From Nanobdellota archaeon (lineage in GTDB: Archaea > Nanobdellota > Nanobdellia > Pacearchaeales > GW2011-AR1), in NCBI GenBank assembly GCA_022563455.1, contig JADFNI010000001.1:1-63005 (forward strand): 63,005 nt of DNA, given 5' to 3'. Shown piece after piece: positions 6,930-14,939 of this stretch (positions are counted from its first letter, which is position 1; every line of letters starts with the position of its first letter). The notes beneath the pieces were generated by a model. The model was not told the origin of the DNA. It saw nothing but the letters and a program-made list of their open reading frames with translations, and made no database searches. A program made the position numbers and the translations under genes.

Positions 6930-7946
6930 TTACTTCCTAAATAACTCATTCAATTTTCCTTCTTTATAGAATTCTATTATAATCAATGCGTAAGCGAAAA
7001 CTAGTGGACCTAGAATAAGCCCAGATAAACCAAAGAAATAAAGTCCTCCTATTGTTCCTACAATGCTTAAGGGGATTGGAAGGTTTGATTGTTTTGCTAA
7101 GAAGTAGGGTCTTGCAACGTTATCAATTGAAGAAACAAAAAAGACACCATAGATTATTAAGAAAATCCCTTGAAATGTGAGACCACTAGCTAAAAGATAA
7201 AATGATACCGGAAGCCAGACTAACCATGAACCTAGTATTGGGATTACAGAAATAATTGCAGCGATTCCAGTTAGTAAAAGTGCGTTTGGAACTCCTAGAA
7301 AGTAAAATGCTACACCGACTGCCAAACCTTGCATTATTCCAATCAAAACTTGACCAAAAACAATTGCATTGGTTATTCCTCTTAATTCTTTTAGAAATCT
7401 TTCTTCAGTACTTTTTGAAAATGGAGACAATTTTGCGGCATACTCTTTTAATTCTTGTGAATCTCGAACTACAAAAAAGAATGTGAATAGGAAGACTGCA
7501 AACTGGAGTATAAATGAAGGTAATTCAAAGAGAACATTTTGTATGCTACTCATTCCTCCAGAGATTACTTGACTAATCATTGTATCGAAGCTAATCGACA
7601 AAGTCCGTGCTAGTTCTGTACTTAAAAAAGTATCTAACACTTCTCCAAAATTATAATTTTGGATTAATCTTAGAGATCTTGCTGCTTGCTTAATTATTGA
7701 AGATGCAAAATAAAATAAGGGGATAGTCACTATAGCAGTAATTCCTGCCATTAATATGGCTGCTGATAGATTTTTTCTTTTTGTTGATTTATACAATTTT
7801 TTATAGATTGGATTAAAAATATATGCGAATAAACCTCCAAAAATTAGTGGGATTATTATTGGCTTTATTATAAAAAATGCGAGAATAAAAATACCTGCTA
7901 TTATGGCCCCAACTAATCCCTTCTTTACTATTGAATCTTCTGCCAT
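6930..7946 (-). CDS. AI-2E family (PerM/UPF0118) transporter
   Basis: A protein with ~8 TM helices whose size and C-terminal GGLYFFGLSGLILGPLV region are typical of the family. Confidence 0.7.
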   Translation of the reverse strand: MAEDSIVKKGLVGAIIAGIFILAFFIIKPIIIPLIFGGLFAYIFNPIYKKLYKSTKRKNLSAAILMAGITAIVTIPLFYFASSIIKQAARSLRLIQNYNFGEVLDTFLSTELARTLSISFDTMISQVISGGMSSIQNVLFELPSFILQFAVFLFTFFFVVRDSQELKEYAAKLSPFSKSTEERFLKELRGITNAIVFGQVLIGIMQGLAVGVAFYFLGVPNALLLTGIAAIISVIPILGSWLVWLPVSFYLLASGLTFQGIFLIIYGVFFVSSIDNVARPYFLAKQSNLPIPLSIVGTIGGLYFFGLSGLILGPLVFAYALIIIEFYKEGKLNELFRK

Positions 7947-8036
7947 GTTATTATAGGAATCTCCAATTTATAAATATGCCTTTAAAAGGGTAAATTTTGT
8001 AGGAGAGTTTATAAATAGAATTTGATAATATGAATA

Positions 8037-8741
8037 ATGATTATTAGAAAAATTTTTGATGGTAATATCAATGAAGAAATTCATAACGAATTTTTGAAAT
8101 TTGGTAAAGGAGATTATAAAGATAAATTTTTGATGGAGGGTAAACGACAACCTAAGAAATGGAGCGTTAAAACAGGTCCTGAATTTGTTAATTTTTTAGT
8201 TCGGCGATCTCTCGATAAAGTTGGAAGGAGTGTTCAAGTTAAGGGAATAATCGTGTCCACAATAGACCTTAGAGGGGAAATTGATTTTGATATTGTTAAG
8301 GTTGGAAACTTCCAAGGAATTAGGAAGTTACAAATTGATACGGAGGTTGAGGTTGCAAAGATATTTGAATTGATGGATAAATATCCTCGAGCTTTTTTTG
8401 CATTGTCCTTTACTGGAGATGGTTTTGTTTTGAAGGTTAAAGCAAAAGCACCTAAAAGTGGAAAACCTGGGAAGTCTAGCGAAGAAGGGCCTAAGGTGGA
8501 TTTTTGCACCCTTAAAACTGATGACTCAACTTTGATTGATGAATTATTCTGGGAAAATATTGGATTTACTGAGATAAAAATTGCTCATGATATAAATGTT
8601 ACAGATATTGTTTATCCATCCAATATGGATGACTTAAAGCCTAGTGAAATTCGAGAACAAAGCAAAAGAAAGGGAATTCTTACTAGAAGGATTATATGTG
8701 ATGGCAAGAAAACCTCTAGTAAAGTTGAATTTGTTATTTGA
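8037..8741 (+). CDS. Hypothetical protein (234 aa)
   Basis: Long clean ORF with non-repetitive composition. No family was recognised. Confidence 0.5.
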   Translation: MIIRKIFDGNINEEIHNEFLKFGKGDYKDKFLMEGKRQPKKWSVKTGPEFVNFLVRRSLDKVGRSVQVKGIIVSTIDLRGEIDFDIVKVGNFQGIRKLQIDTEVEVAKIFELMDKYPRAFFALSFTGDGFVLKVKAKAPKSGKPGKSSEEGPKVDFCTLKTDDSTLIDELFWENIGFTEIKIAHDINVTDIVYPSNMDDLKPSEIREQSKRKGILTRRIICDGKKTSSKVEFVI

Positions 8742-9392
8742 TTAATAAATAATTCCTTTCTTTTTTACACATGAAGCACAAATTAATGCAGTATCTTTAA
8801 GTGACATGTAATACCTGTTTCCTTCTTCTAAGATGTCGTTGAATTTTTCCCATCCGTCTTCGAGTGTCATTTTTCCCTTGACTACTAGTTCTGGAACTTT
8901 TGATGCGTCCTCTAAAAGTTTTGCCCTTCTTTTCCACATTTTTGGATGATATAGATTTGGTTGGGCAGCTTTTGATATTTTTTTATTGCAGCTAAAACAA
9001 TTTTTTTGAGTCATTAAAAGTTCTTGCTCTCTGATTGCCCATTTTAATTGAAAATCTGCATCCTGAATTAAATGCTTATAGTTTCCAATTCCTCCAAGCC
9101 TGTTAAATGTTAATTCTATTTCTTCTTCAGAGGTATCTTTGTTTGTCACTAAAATTTCTCCGATTTTCCTAGAATATCTCCATACAGGATATTTTCTTCC
9201 CCCTCTTGGATTTGTGGTTGGCTTTCCAATTCTATATCCTTTAGATCCTGTTTTTATCTTTCCAATTTTAGAACCGCTTTTTCTAATGACTGCCCTATCT
9301 TTTTTTTCTTTTAGCTTTGTTCCTTTAGTTCGTTCTTTCTTTGAAATGTAACCTTTCTCTCCTGGAAGAATGTCTGGGGTTTTTATGACCAT
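8742..9392 (-). CDS. Hypothetical protein (216 aa) with basic N-terminus and CxxC...CxxC pair
   Basis: Long ORF. The N-terminal third is Lys/Gly/Arg-rich, and CFSC and CASC pairs suggest a zinc ribbon. No family was recognised. Confidence 0.5.
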   Translation of the reverse strand: MVIKTPDILPGEKGYISKKERTKGTKLKEKKDRAVIRKSGSKIGKIKTGSKGYRIGKPTTNPRGGRKYPVWRYSRKIGEILVTNKDTSEEEIELTFNRLGGIGNYKHLIQDADFQLKWAIREQELLMTQKNCFSCNKKISKAAQPNLYHPKMWKRRAKLLEDASKVPELVVKGKMTLEDGWEKFNDILEEGNRYYMSLKDTALICASCVKKKGIIY

Positions 9393-9412
9393 AATACTAA
9401 AGTATGAAAATG

Positions 9413-9430
9413 GGTTTTTAAGGGATTTGG
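9413..9430 (-). promoter_or_regulatory. Putative BRE/TATA promoter (minus strand CCAAATCCCTTAAAAACC) of the 216-aa orphan
   Basis: 17/18 identical to the element at 213-230 and placed at the same ~20-nt distance from its ATG. Confidence 0.4.
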
Positions 9431-9457
9431 TTTAGTGAAGATCAATATATAGTTAGG

Positions 9458-9466
9458 TTTATATAT
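9458..9466 (+). promoter_or_regulatory. Putative TATA box (TTTATATAT) of the L3 r-protein operon
   Basis: Lies about 25-30 nt upstream of ~9490. This predicts a ~115-nt leader that begins at the 9494-9518 hairpin. Confidence 0.35.
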
Positions 9467-9607
9467 GCAAAATTCTCAGAGTTTTTAAGGTTCCATCCAA
9501 AACTTAAATGTTTGGATGAGGAGAATTTTGTGATTGGTTGGTCACGTTAAGAGCGATTGTGCTATGTTGCTTTAAACAGAATAGTTAGACTGTTCAGGAA
9601 ATGTAAT

Positions 9608-10570
9608 ATGACAGACGAGAATGGAAGTAGATCAGGAAGTTTGCAATTTTACCCAAGGGTAAGAGCAAAGAAAGTTATTCCTAGTGTAAACTGGAGACCT
9701 GTTAAAAAAACGAGTGTTGGACTTTTAGGATTTGTGGGCTATAAGGTTGGAATGATTTCCGTTTTTGTTAAGGATGATACTGAGGCGAGTCTTACTAAAG
9801 GGAAAAGAATAACAGTACCTGCTACGATCGTTGAATGTCCTTCAATGAAAATTTATTCTGTTAGGTTTTACAAAGGGAGTAAGGTTCTAAAAGATGTTGT
9901 TGTAACTAAGGATAAAGATTTGAAGAAAAAAATTAAGCTTTCTTCTGAAATTAAAAATTTTGAAGAGGCTATTAAAGATTTGAAGGATTTGAATTTTGAG
10001 GATGTTCGAGTTTTACTTTATACAAATGTTAAGATAACTACAGTGGGCAAAAAGAAACCTGATATGATTGAGGTTGGGCTTAGCGGGTCTAATGAGGAGA
10101 AATTGATATTTATTAAAGAAAGAATTGGAAAGGATATTTTGGTTAGTGAAGTTTTTAGTGATGGATTAATTGATGTTCGTGGAGTTACTAAAGGATTTGG
10201 CACTCAAGGACCTGTTAAAAGATTTGGAATTTCGTTGAAATCTCATAAATCTGAAAAGGGGAGACGAAGACCTGGATCTCTTGCCCCTTGGCATCCTGCA
10301 AGGGTTACATTTAGAGCTCCTCAGGCAGGACAAACAGGATATCATAATAGAATTACTTACAATAATGTTATTTTAAAAATTGGAAACATTAATGAGAATG
10401 ATATTAATAAGAAAGGTGGATTTGAACACTATGGGGTTATCAGGGGAGAGTATATTGTTCTTAGGGGTTCAATTCCTGGTCCTTCGAAAAGGGGAATTGT
10501 TATGACTTTGGCAATACGTCCAAGTAAATATTTAGCAAAGAAAAAGTTGGAGGTTCTTGAGATACGATGA
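9608..10570 (+). CDS. rpl3: 50S ribosomal protein L3
   Basis: SRSGSLQFYPRVRAKK matches the archaeal L3 N-terminus (..RRGSL.F.PRKRA). The track ORF 9557 was trimmed to ATG 9608. Confidence 0.92.
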   Translation: MTDENGSRSGSLQFYPRVRAKKVIPSVNWRPVKKTSVGLLGFVGYKVGMISVFVKDDTEASLTKGKRITVPATIVECPSMKIYSVRFYKGSKVLKDVVVTKDKDLKKKIKLSSEIKNFEEAIKDLKDLNFEDVRVLLYTNVKITTVGKKKPDMIEVGLSGSNEEKLIFIKERIGKDILVSEVFSDGLIDVRGVTKGFGTQGPVKRFGISLKSHKSEKGRRRPGSLAPWHPARVTFRAPQAGQTGYHNRITYNNVILKIGNINENDINKKGGFEHYGVIRGEYIVLRGSIPGPSKRGIVMTLAIRPSKYLAKKKLEVLEIR

Positions 10571-10851
10571 ATGACGAAATAGAAAGTTGTGGAAATCAAG
10601 CGTCTTGTGAATATGCGTTTGGCTATCCTCGTCTGTACACTAAACTAGGTCCTGAAGATGCGTTATGCCTCGGGAAGTTAAGTTATGATACTAGAGAGGG
10701 AAGTTATCATGCAACCCTAACACCTATGCCAGGATTTAAGAGTTTCGAGAGGCGAATTCAGTGCGCTCCTGCAGTAATGCTTACATCTCAAAGAAAGGTT
10801 GAAGGGATGCTTGGAAAATTACTTGAAGCAATGGAGGCAACTGGAAAATGA
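10567..10851 (+). CDS. Orphan 94-aa protein inserted between L3 and L4
   Basis: An open frame of 285 nt in an AT-rich genome. There are ATGA overlaps at both ends (L3 stop/ORF start at 10567-10570, ORF stop/L4 start at 10848-10851). It is Lys-poor and has 5 Cys, unlike the neighbouring r-proteins. Confidence 0.55.
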   Translation: MNDEIESCGNQASCEYAFGYPRLYTKLGPEDALCLGKLSYDTREGSYHATLTPMPGFKSFERRIQCAPAVMLTSQRKVEGMLGKLLEAMEATGK

Positions 10852-11636
10852 AAGCAAAATTAATGGATAAAACTGGAAAGGAAAAAGGAACAGTAGAACT
10901 TCCAAAGAACTTTAGCGTAAGAATCAGAGAAGATATTTTGTCTAAGGTTTATGAAACTTTGAAGGGAATTTATGCGCAACCTTATGGTGCGATGGAAGGA
11001 GCTGGGGCTGGATATTCTGCTTCAGGGATTATAAAGAAAAAAAGGCATGATTGGAAGGGATCTTACGGGAAAGGAATTTCTAGAATTCCTAGGAAGATTA
11101 TGTCTAGACATGGATCTAGTTTTAATTGGATTGGGGCAACAGTTGCCAGTACTCGAGGAGGTAGAAAACCTCATGCTCCTAGATCTGCAATGAACCCTTT
11201 CAAAAAAATTAATAAGAAGGAACTAAGAATCGCATTTAATTCTGCACTTGCAGGAACTGTTAATTTAAAATTTTTGGAGAAAAAATACGGTAAACCAATA
11301 AAATCTGGTTTTGTTTTTTCAAGCGATATTTTGGACTTGAAAACTAAGAATTTTATAACGAGCATGAAAACGGCATTTGGTGAAGACAATATTAAAAGTG
11401 TAATGAAGACTAAAAAAATTAGATCTGGAGTTGGAAAGATGAGAGGAAGAAAGTATAAGTCTAATGCTGGACTTTTGTTTGTTCTTGGAAACGCTGAATC
11501 TATGAAGAGGTCTGGAATTGATGTTGTTAATGTAAGGGATTTAAGGATCAAAGATTTATCTCCAAATGGAGAGCCTGGAAGACTTGTATGTTATACTAAA
11601 GATGCAATTAAAGAAATAGAAGAGAGGTTTAAATAA
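10848..11636 (+). CDS. rpl4: 50S ribosomal protein L4
   Basis: Operon position, plus MKAKLMDKTGKEKGTVELPKNF... and the GRKPHAPR region typical of archaeal L4. Confidence 0.92.
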   Translation: MKAKLMDKTGKEKGTVELPKNFSVRIREDILSKVYETLKGIYAQPYGAMEGAGAGYSASGIIKKKRHDWKGSYGKGISRIPRKIMSRHGSSFNWIGATVASTRGGRKPHAPRSAMNPFKKINKKELRIAFNSALAGTVNLKFLEKKYGKPIKSGFVFSSDILDLKTKNFITSMKTAFGEDNIKSVMKTKKIRSGVGKMRGRKYKSNAGLLFVLGNAESMKRSGIDVVNVRDLRIKDLSPNGEPGRLVCYTKDAIKEIEERFK

Positions 11637-11637
11637 G

Positions 11638-11895
11638 ATGGCAGGAGTGATTATACTTGAAAAAATTAAATCTACAGAAAAGATGGTTAGGCAAATTGAA
11701 ATTGATAATGTTTTGGTTTTTGTTGTGGATCGCGCTGTTAATAAACGAGAGATTAAGGAAGAAGTTGAAAAATTATTTGATGTGAAAGTTGCTAAGGTTC
11801 GGACTCATACATTGAAAAATAAGAAACATGCTTTTGTTAAATTTAAACCGGAATATCCTGCAGTTGATATTGCGACGAAGTTGGGGTTAATGTAA
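11638..11895 (+). CDS. rpl23: 50S ribosomal protein L23
   Basis: An 85-aa protein between L4 and L2, with the ..VFVVDRAVNKREIKEEVEKLFDVKV.KV.T pattern. Confidence 0.9.
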   Translation: MAGVIILEKIKSTEKMVRQIEIDNVLVFVVDRAVNKREIKEEVEKLFDVKVAKVRTHTLKNKKHAFVKFKPEYPAVDIATKLGLM

Positions 11896-11899
11896 AAAT

Positions 11900-11986
11900 A
11901 TGGGTAATGAAAATATTGGAACAATAAGGATAAAATTATGCAATGACAAAGTCCTTGCGGATCAAAAACTTGGAGGTTTTTGCTAA
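11900..11986 (+). other. Leader element / mini-ORF copy B (28 codons, MGNENIGTIRIKLCNDKVLADQKLGGFC)
   Basis: The ORF runs from ATG 11900 to TAA 11984-11986, and the stop overlaps the L2 ATG at 11986 (cTAATGg). A CAAAAAC(11963-11969)/GTTTTTG(11976-11982) stem flanks the GGAGG SD. It fills the whole L23-L2 spacer. Confidence 0.55.
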
Positions 11987-12684
11987 TGGGTAAAAGGATA
12001 ATTCAACAGCGAAGAGGAAAGGGAAGTCATACTTATAAGACTAGAAATAAGGCGTCAATTGTTAGGCCTGGATATACGGCAAATTTAGAAGGAGAATATA
12101 AGGTCATTAAGTTAATTTCTTCTGTTGGGCACTCGGCTCCTATTGCTAAAATGATGAATGCTAAAGGAGATTTATTTTATAATTTTGCAGCTAACTTGCT
12201 TTATGTTGGTCAGACAATTAAAATTGGTGGAAATGCAAGCGGAGATGTCACAAAAATTGGAGACTTAAAGAATGGAACTAGAATATTTAATATTGAAAAT
12301 CATCCAAAAGATGGGGGGAAATTTGTAAGAACTGGGGGAAACTCTGTAATTATAGTTAGTAAAGAAGGAGGACTTGTAAAGGTTGCTATGCCTTCAAAGA
12401 AAGAGAAAAAATTTAATCCAGACTGCAGGGTTACTTTAGGTGTTGCTGCAGGGGATGGAAAATTGGATAAACCAGTTATGAAAGCTGGAACGAAGTTTTA
12501 TATAATGAAATCAAAGTCTAAATTATGGCCTAGAACTTCTGCTGTTGCAATGAATGCGATTGACCATCCTTTTGGTAGTGGACGAGGGAAAAGGATTAAG
12601 AGTAAGATTGCTAAGCGAAATGCTCCCCCTGGTAAGAAAGTTGGTTTGATTAGGCCTAGTAGAACAGGGAGGAAAAAACGATAA
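11986..12684 (+). CDS. rpl2: 50S ribosomal protein L2
   Basis: MGKRIIQQRRGKGSHTYKTR... and NAIDHPFGSGRG are L2 hallmarks. Confidence 0.95.
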   Translation: MGKRIIQQRRGKGSHTYKTRNKASIVRPGYTANLEGEYKVIKLISSVGHSAPIAKMMNAKGDLFYNFAANLLYVGQTIKIGGNASGDVTKIGDLKNGTRIFNIENHPKDGGKFVRTGGNSVIIVSKEGGLVKVAMPSKKEKKFNPDCRVTLGVAAGDGKLDKPVMKAGTKFYIMKSKSKLWPRTSAVAMNAIDHPFGSGRGKRIKSKIAKRNAPPGKKVGLIRPSRTGRKKR

Positions 12685-12689
12685 TTAAG

Positions 12690-13100
12690 ATGGTAGAAGA
12701 AACAATACAACAGAGGAGTAAGGATAAGTTTTATCGAGGAAGAAACATCGAGGAACTAAGGACTGTGGATACTCGAGAGTTTGCTAAGCTTGTAAAAGCT
12801 AGACCTAGAAGGGCACTTCTAAGAAATTATGATGTTATTGAGGCTTTTGTTGCTAAATGTAATGCATGCGACTCAAAAGGTAAAGCGATAAAAACCCATG
12901 ATAGAGCTCTTGTTATTGTTCCTGCATTGATTGGACGAACTATTGGAGTTTACAATGGAAAAGAATACATTAAGGTGGTAATCGTATCTGAAATGCTTGG
13001 GCACAGACTTGGAGAGTTTTCACCTACTAGAAAACCAACTAAACATGGGGCTGCAGGAATTGGAGCAACTAAATCTAGCGCTTCGAGGTCGGTGAAATAA
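12690..13100 (+). CDS. rps19: 30S ribosomal protein S19
   Basis: Operon position and the GRTIGVYNGKEYIKVVI..EMLGHRLGEF motif. Confidence 0.93.
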   Translation: MVEETIQQRSKDKFYRGRNIEELRTVDTREFAKLVKARPRRALLRNYDVIEAFVAKCNACDSKGKAIKTHDRALVIVPALIGRTIGVYNGKEYIKVVIVSEMLGHRLGEFSPTRKPTKHGAAGIGATKSSASRSVK

Positions 13101-13643
13101 ATGGCAGAAGAAATTAAGGACAAAAAGATAGATGCTGTAAAAGTTGAAGAAAAGGAAACTAAGGAGAAAACTGAGACTAAAGACATTAAGGTTGAAGAAA
13201 AGAAAGTTGAGAAAAAGAAGGAAGAAGTTAAAGTTAAGGATGTTGCAATTGCTAATGCTTATTCACTTAAGATCTCCGCAAAGTATTCGGTTTATATTTG
13301 TAAAGTTATAAAACATAAAACTCCTGAAAACGCGATTAAGCGACTTATGGAAGCTGCAACTGGTAAAAGGGCTATTCCTATGAGTGGCAGAGAAGTTGCT
13401 CACCAGAAAGGAAAAGGTATTAGTGGGGGAAAGTTTCCAAAAAATGCTTGTAATGATATCGCGACTGTTATTAAACAACTAAAGGCTAATGCGGACAATT
13501 TGGGAATTGAAAACCCTGTGATTACAATCGCTCAAGCGAATAAAGCTTCAATGCCATTTAGAAGTGGTGGGCGAAGAGGAAAAAGGACACACATACATTT
13601 AGAGGCAAGGGATAAAAGTAAATTGATGGAACCAAAAAAATAA
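13101..13643 (+). CDS. rpl22: 50S ribosomal protein L22 with ~45-aa K/E-rich N-terminal extension
   Basis: Operon position. The core begins around ANAYSLKISAKYSVYICKVIKHK, preceded by a low-complexity KE-rich tail. Confidence 0.9.
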   Translation: MAEEIKDKKIDAVKVEEKETKEKTETKDIKVEEKKVEKKKEEVKVKDVAIANAYSLKISAKYSVYICKVIKHKTPENAIKRLMEAATGKRAIPMSGREVAHQKGKGISGGKFPKNACNDIATVIKQLKANADNLGIENPVITIAQANKASMPFRSGGRRGKRTHIHLEARDKSKLMEPKK

Positions 13644-14428
13644 TGGAAGAAAAGAAATTTATAGAAGTTAGGAAGGACGAATATAACATTAAGCAATTTG
13701 TTAAGAGAATGTTTGGTAAGGGAAAGATTTCAAAAGTTAGAATTGAATATACGCCTGTTGGGGAAAAAATAATTATTTCGACTCATAAGCCTGGATGGAT
13801 TATTGGGAAGAGGGGGGAGAAAATTGCAGAATTAACTGAAATATTGAAGAAGAAATTTAAGATGGAAAACCCTCATGTAGATATTGAAGAGATCTTGCAT
13901 CCAGAATTTGATGCTCAATTGGTAGCAGATGACATTGCGCTTACGCTTGAAAGATTTGGAGCTATGAAGTATAAGGCTTCTAGTTATAGAATGCTTGGAA
14001 AGATAAAGAAGGGTGGTGCTCTTGGAGCAGAGTTAAGAGTTTCTGGAAAGCTTCCAAGTGATAGAGCTCGTAGCTGGAGATTTGCATTTGGATATTTAAA
14101 GAAAACTGGAGATGCTGCAAAGGTAGTTGACAGAGCCGAGTCTGTTGCCCAGACTAAGCAAGGAGTTGTTGGAATAAAGGTAGCTATTCTTGCTCCAGGG
14201 GTCATTGTGCACGATCAGATTACTGTAGATGAAGAATTTATGAAACAAGTTATTTCAAATGCTAGTATCGAAGAAGTTGAGGAGACTGTTAAAATAGTTA
14301 AGAAAAAAAGGAAAGTTGCACCTAAAAAAAAGGTATCTAAAAAGGAAGTACTAGTTGAAAAAGAAAAGAAAGTTGAGAAAGTTGAAGAGATTGAGAAAAT
14401 TGAGAAAATAAAGGAGACTAAGAAATAA
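13643..14428 (+). CDS. rps3: 30S ribosomal protein S3 with K/E-rich C-terminal extension
   Basis: A KH-domain region (PGWIIGKRGEKIAELTEILKKKF) plus operon position. Confidence 0.93.
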   Translation: MEEKKFIEVRKDEYNIKQFVKRMFGKGKISKVRIEYTPVGEKIIISTHKPGWIIGKRGEKIAELTEILKKKFKMENPHVDIEEILHPEFDAQLVADDIALTLERFGAMKYKASSYRMLGKIKKGGALGAELRVSGKLPSDRARSWRFAFGYLKKTGDAAKVVDRAESVAQTKQGVVGIKVAILAPGVIVHDQITVDEEFMKQVISNASIEEVEETVKIVKKKRKVAPKKKVSKKEVLVEKEKKVEKVEEIEKIEKIKETKK

Positions 14429-14430
14429 TA

Positions 14431-14637
14431 ATGGCAGATAAAAAAATATTGACAAATAAGGAAATTGAGACAAGAATCATAGATTTAAAAATTGAGCTTC
14501 TAAAACAACCACTTAAAAGGAAAAGCATTAAAAAGGAAATTGCGAGGCTTATTACCATGAGAACTATGAAAACCATGAGGACTATGAATGATTCAACTAA
14601 ACTAATTGAAGAAAAATCTTCAATGGAGGGTAAATAA
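14431..14637 (+). CDS. rpl29: 50S ribosomal protein L29
   Basis: Position after S3, with the LTNKEIETRIIDLKIELLK helix typical of L29. Confidence 0.85.
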   Translation: MADKKILTNKEIETRIIDLKIELLKQPLKRKSIKKEIARLITMRTMKTMRTMNDSTKLIEEKSSMEGK

Positions 14638-14638
14638 A

Positions 14639-14938
14639 GTGGATATTTGTCCGAAATGTGCATTGCCTCTTCCGGCTTGTGTCTGTAGCGAAATTGCTAA
14701 AACGCAACAGAATATAAACGTCAAGACGGAAAAACGAAGATTCGGAAAAGTGTCTACAATGATTGAAGGATTTGATGATGGCATTGATATCAAGGACATC
14801 GCAAAAAAGCTCAAGGCAAAACGAGCTTGCGGTGGAACTGTTAAAAATAAAGTTATTGAACTTCAAGGAAATCATAAGGGTCACATAAAACCAATTTTGG
14901 TAGAACTTGGATTTAGTGAGGATCAGATAAAAGATTAA
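14639..14938 (+). CDS. sui1: Translation initiation factor SUI1/aIF1
   Basis: (M)DICPKCALPLPACVCSEIAKTQQNINVKTEKRRFGKVSTMIEGFD... matches the archaeal aIF1 N-terminus (.ICP.CGLP...C.C). A GTG start at 14639 is preferred to the in-frame ATG at 14606, which lies inside L29. Confidence 0.85.
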   Translation: MDICPKCALPLPACVCSEIAKTQQNINVKTEKRRFGKVSTMIEGFDDGIDIKDIAKKLKAKRACGGTVKNKVIELQGNHKGHIKPILVELGFSEDQIKD

Positions 14939-14939
14939 A

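Noticed and set aside
9557-9607. The longer L3 ORF starting at 9557 (MCYVALNRIVRLFRKCN...).
   Set aside because: The extension has no counterpart in L3 proteins. The ATG at 9608 gives the expected ..RSGSLQFYPRVRAKK spacing.
10552-10560. TCTTGAGAT 9-mer at the L3 3' end, matching the motif shared by the DUF95 insert and the tRNA spacers.
   Set aside because: A 9-mer in coding sequence of an AT-rich genome is within chance expectation. The tRNA-Leu anticodon arm also contains ATCTTGAG. Only the 13-mer and 26-nt matches are reported as tentative.
10567-10851. The L3/L4 insert as a structured RNA gene (SRP RNA, RNase P RNA or an intron).
   Set aside because: - No conserved SRP or RNase P motifs and no extended helices were found by eye.
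- The frame is open for 94 codons with ATGA coupling at both ends, which favours a protein.
14606-14638. Upstream in-frame ATG as the SUI1 start.
   Set aside because: It lies inside L29 and would add 11 residues not seen in archaeal aIF1 N-termini. The GTG at 14639 gives the canonical (M)DICPKC start.
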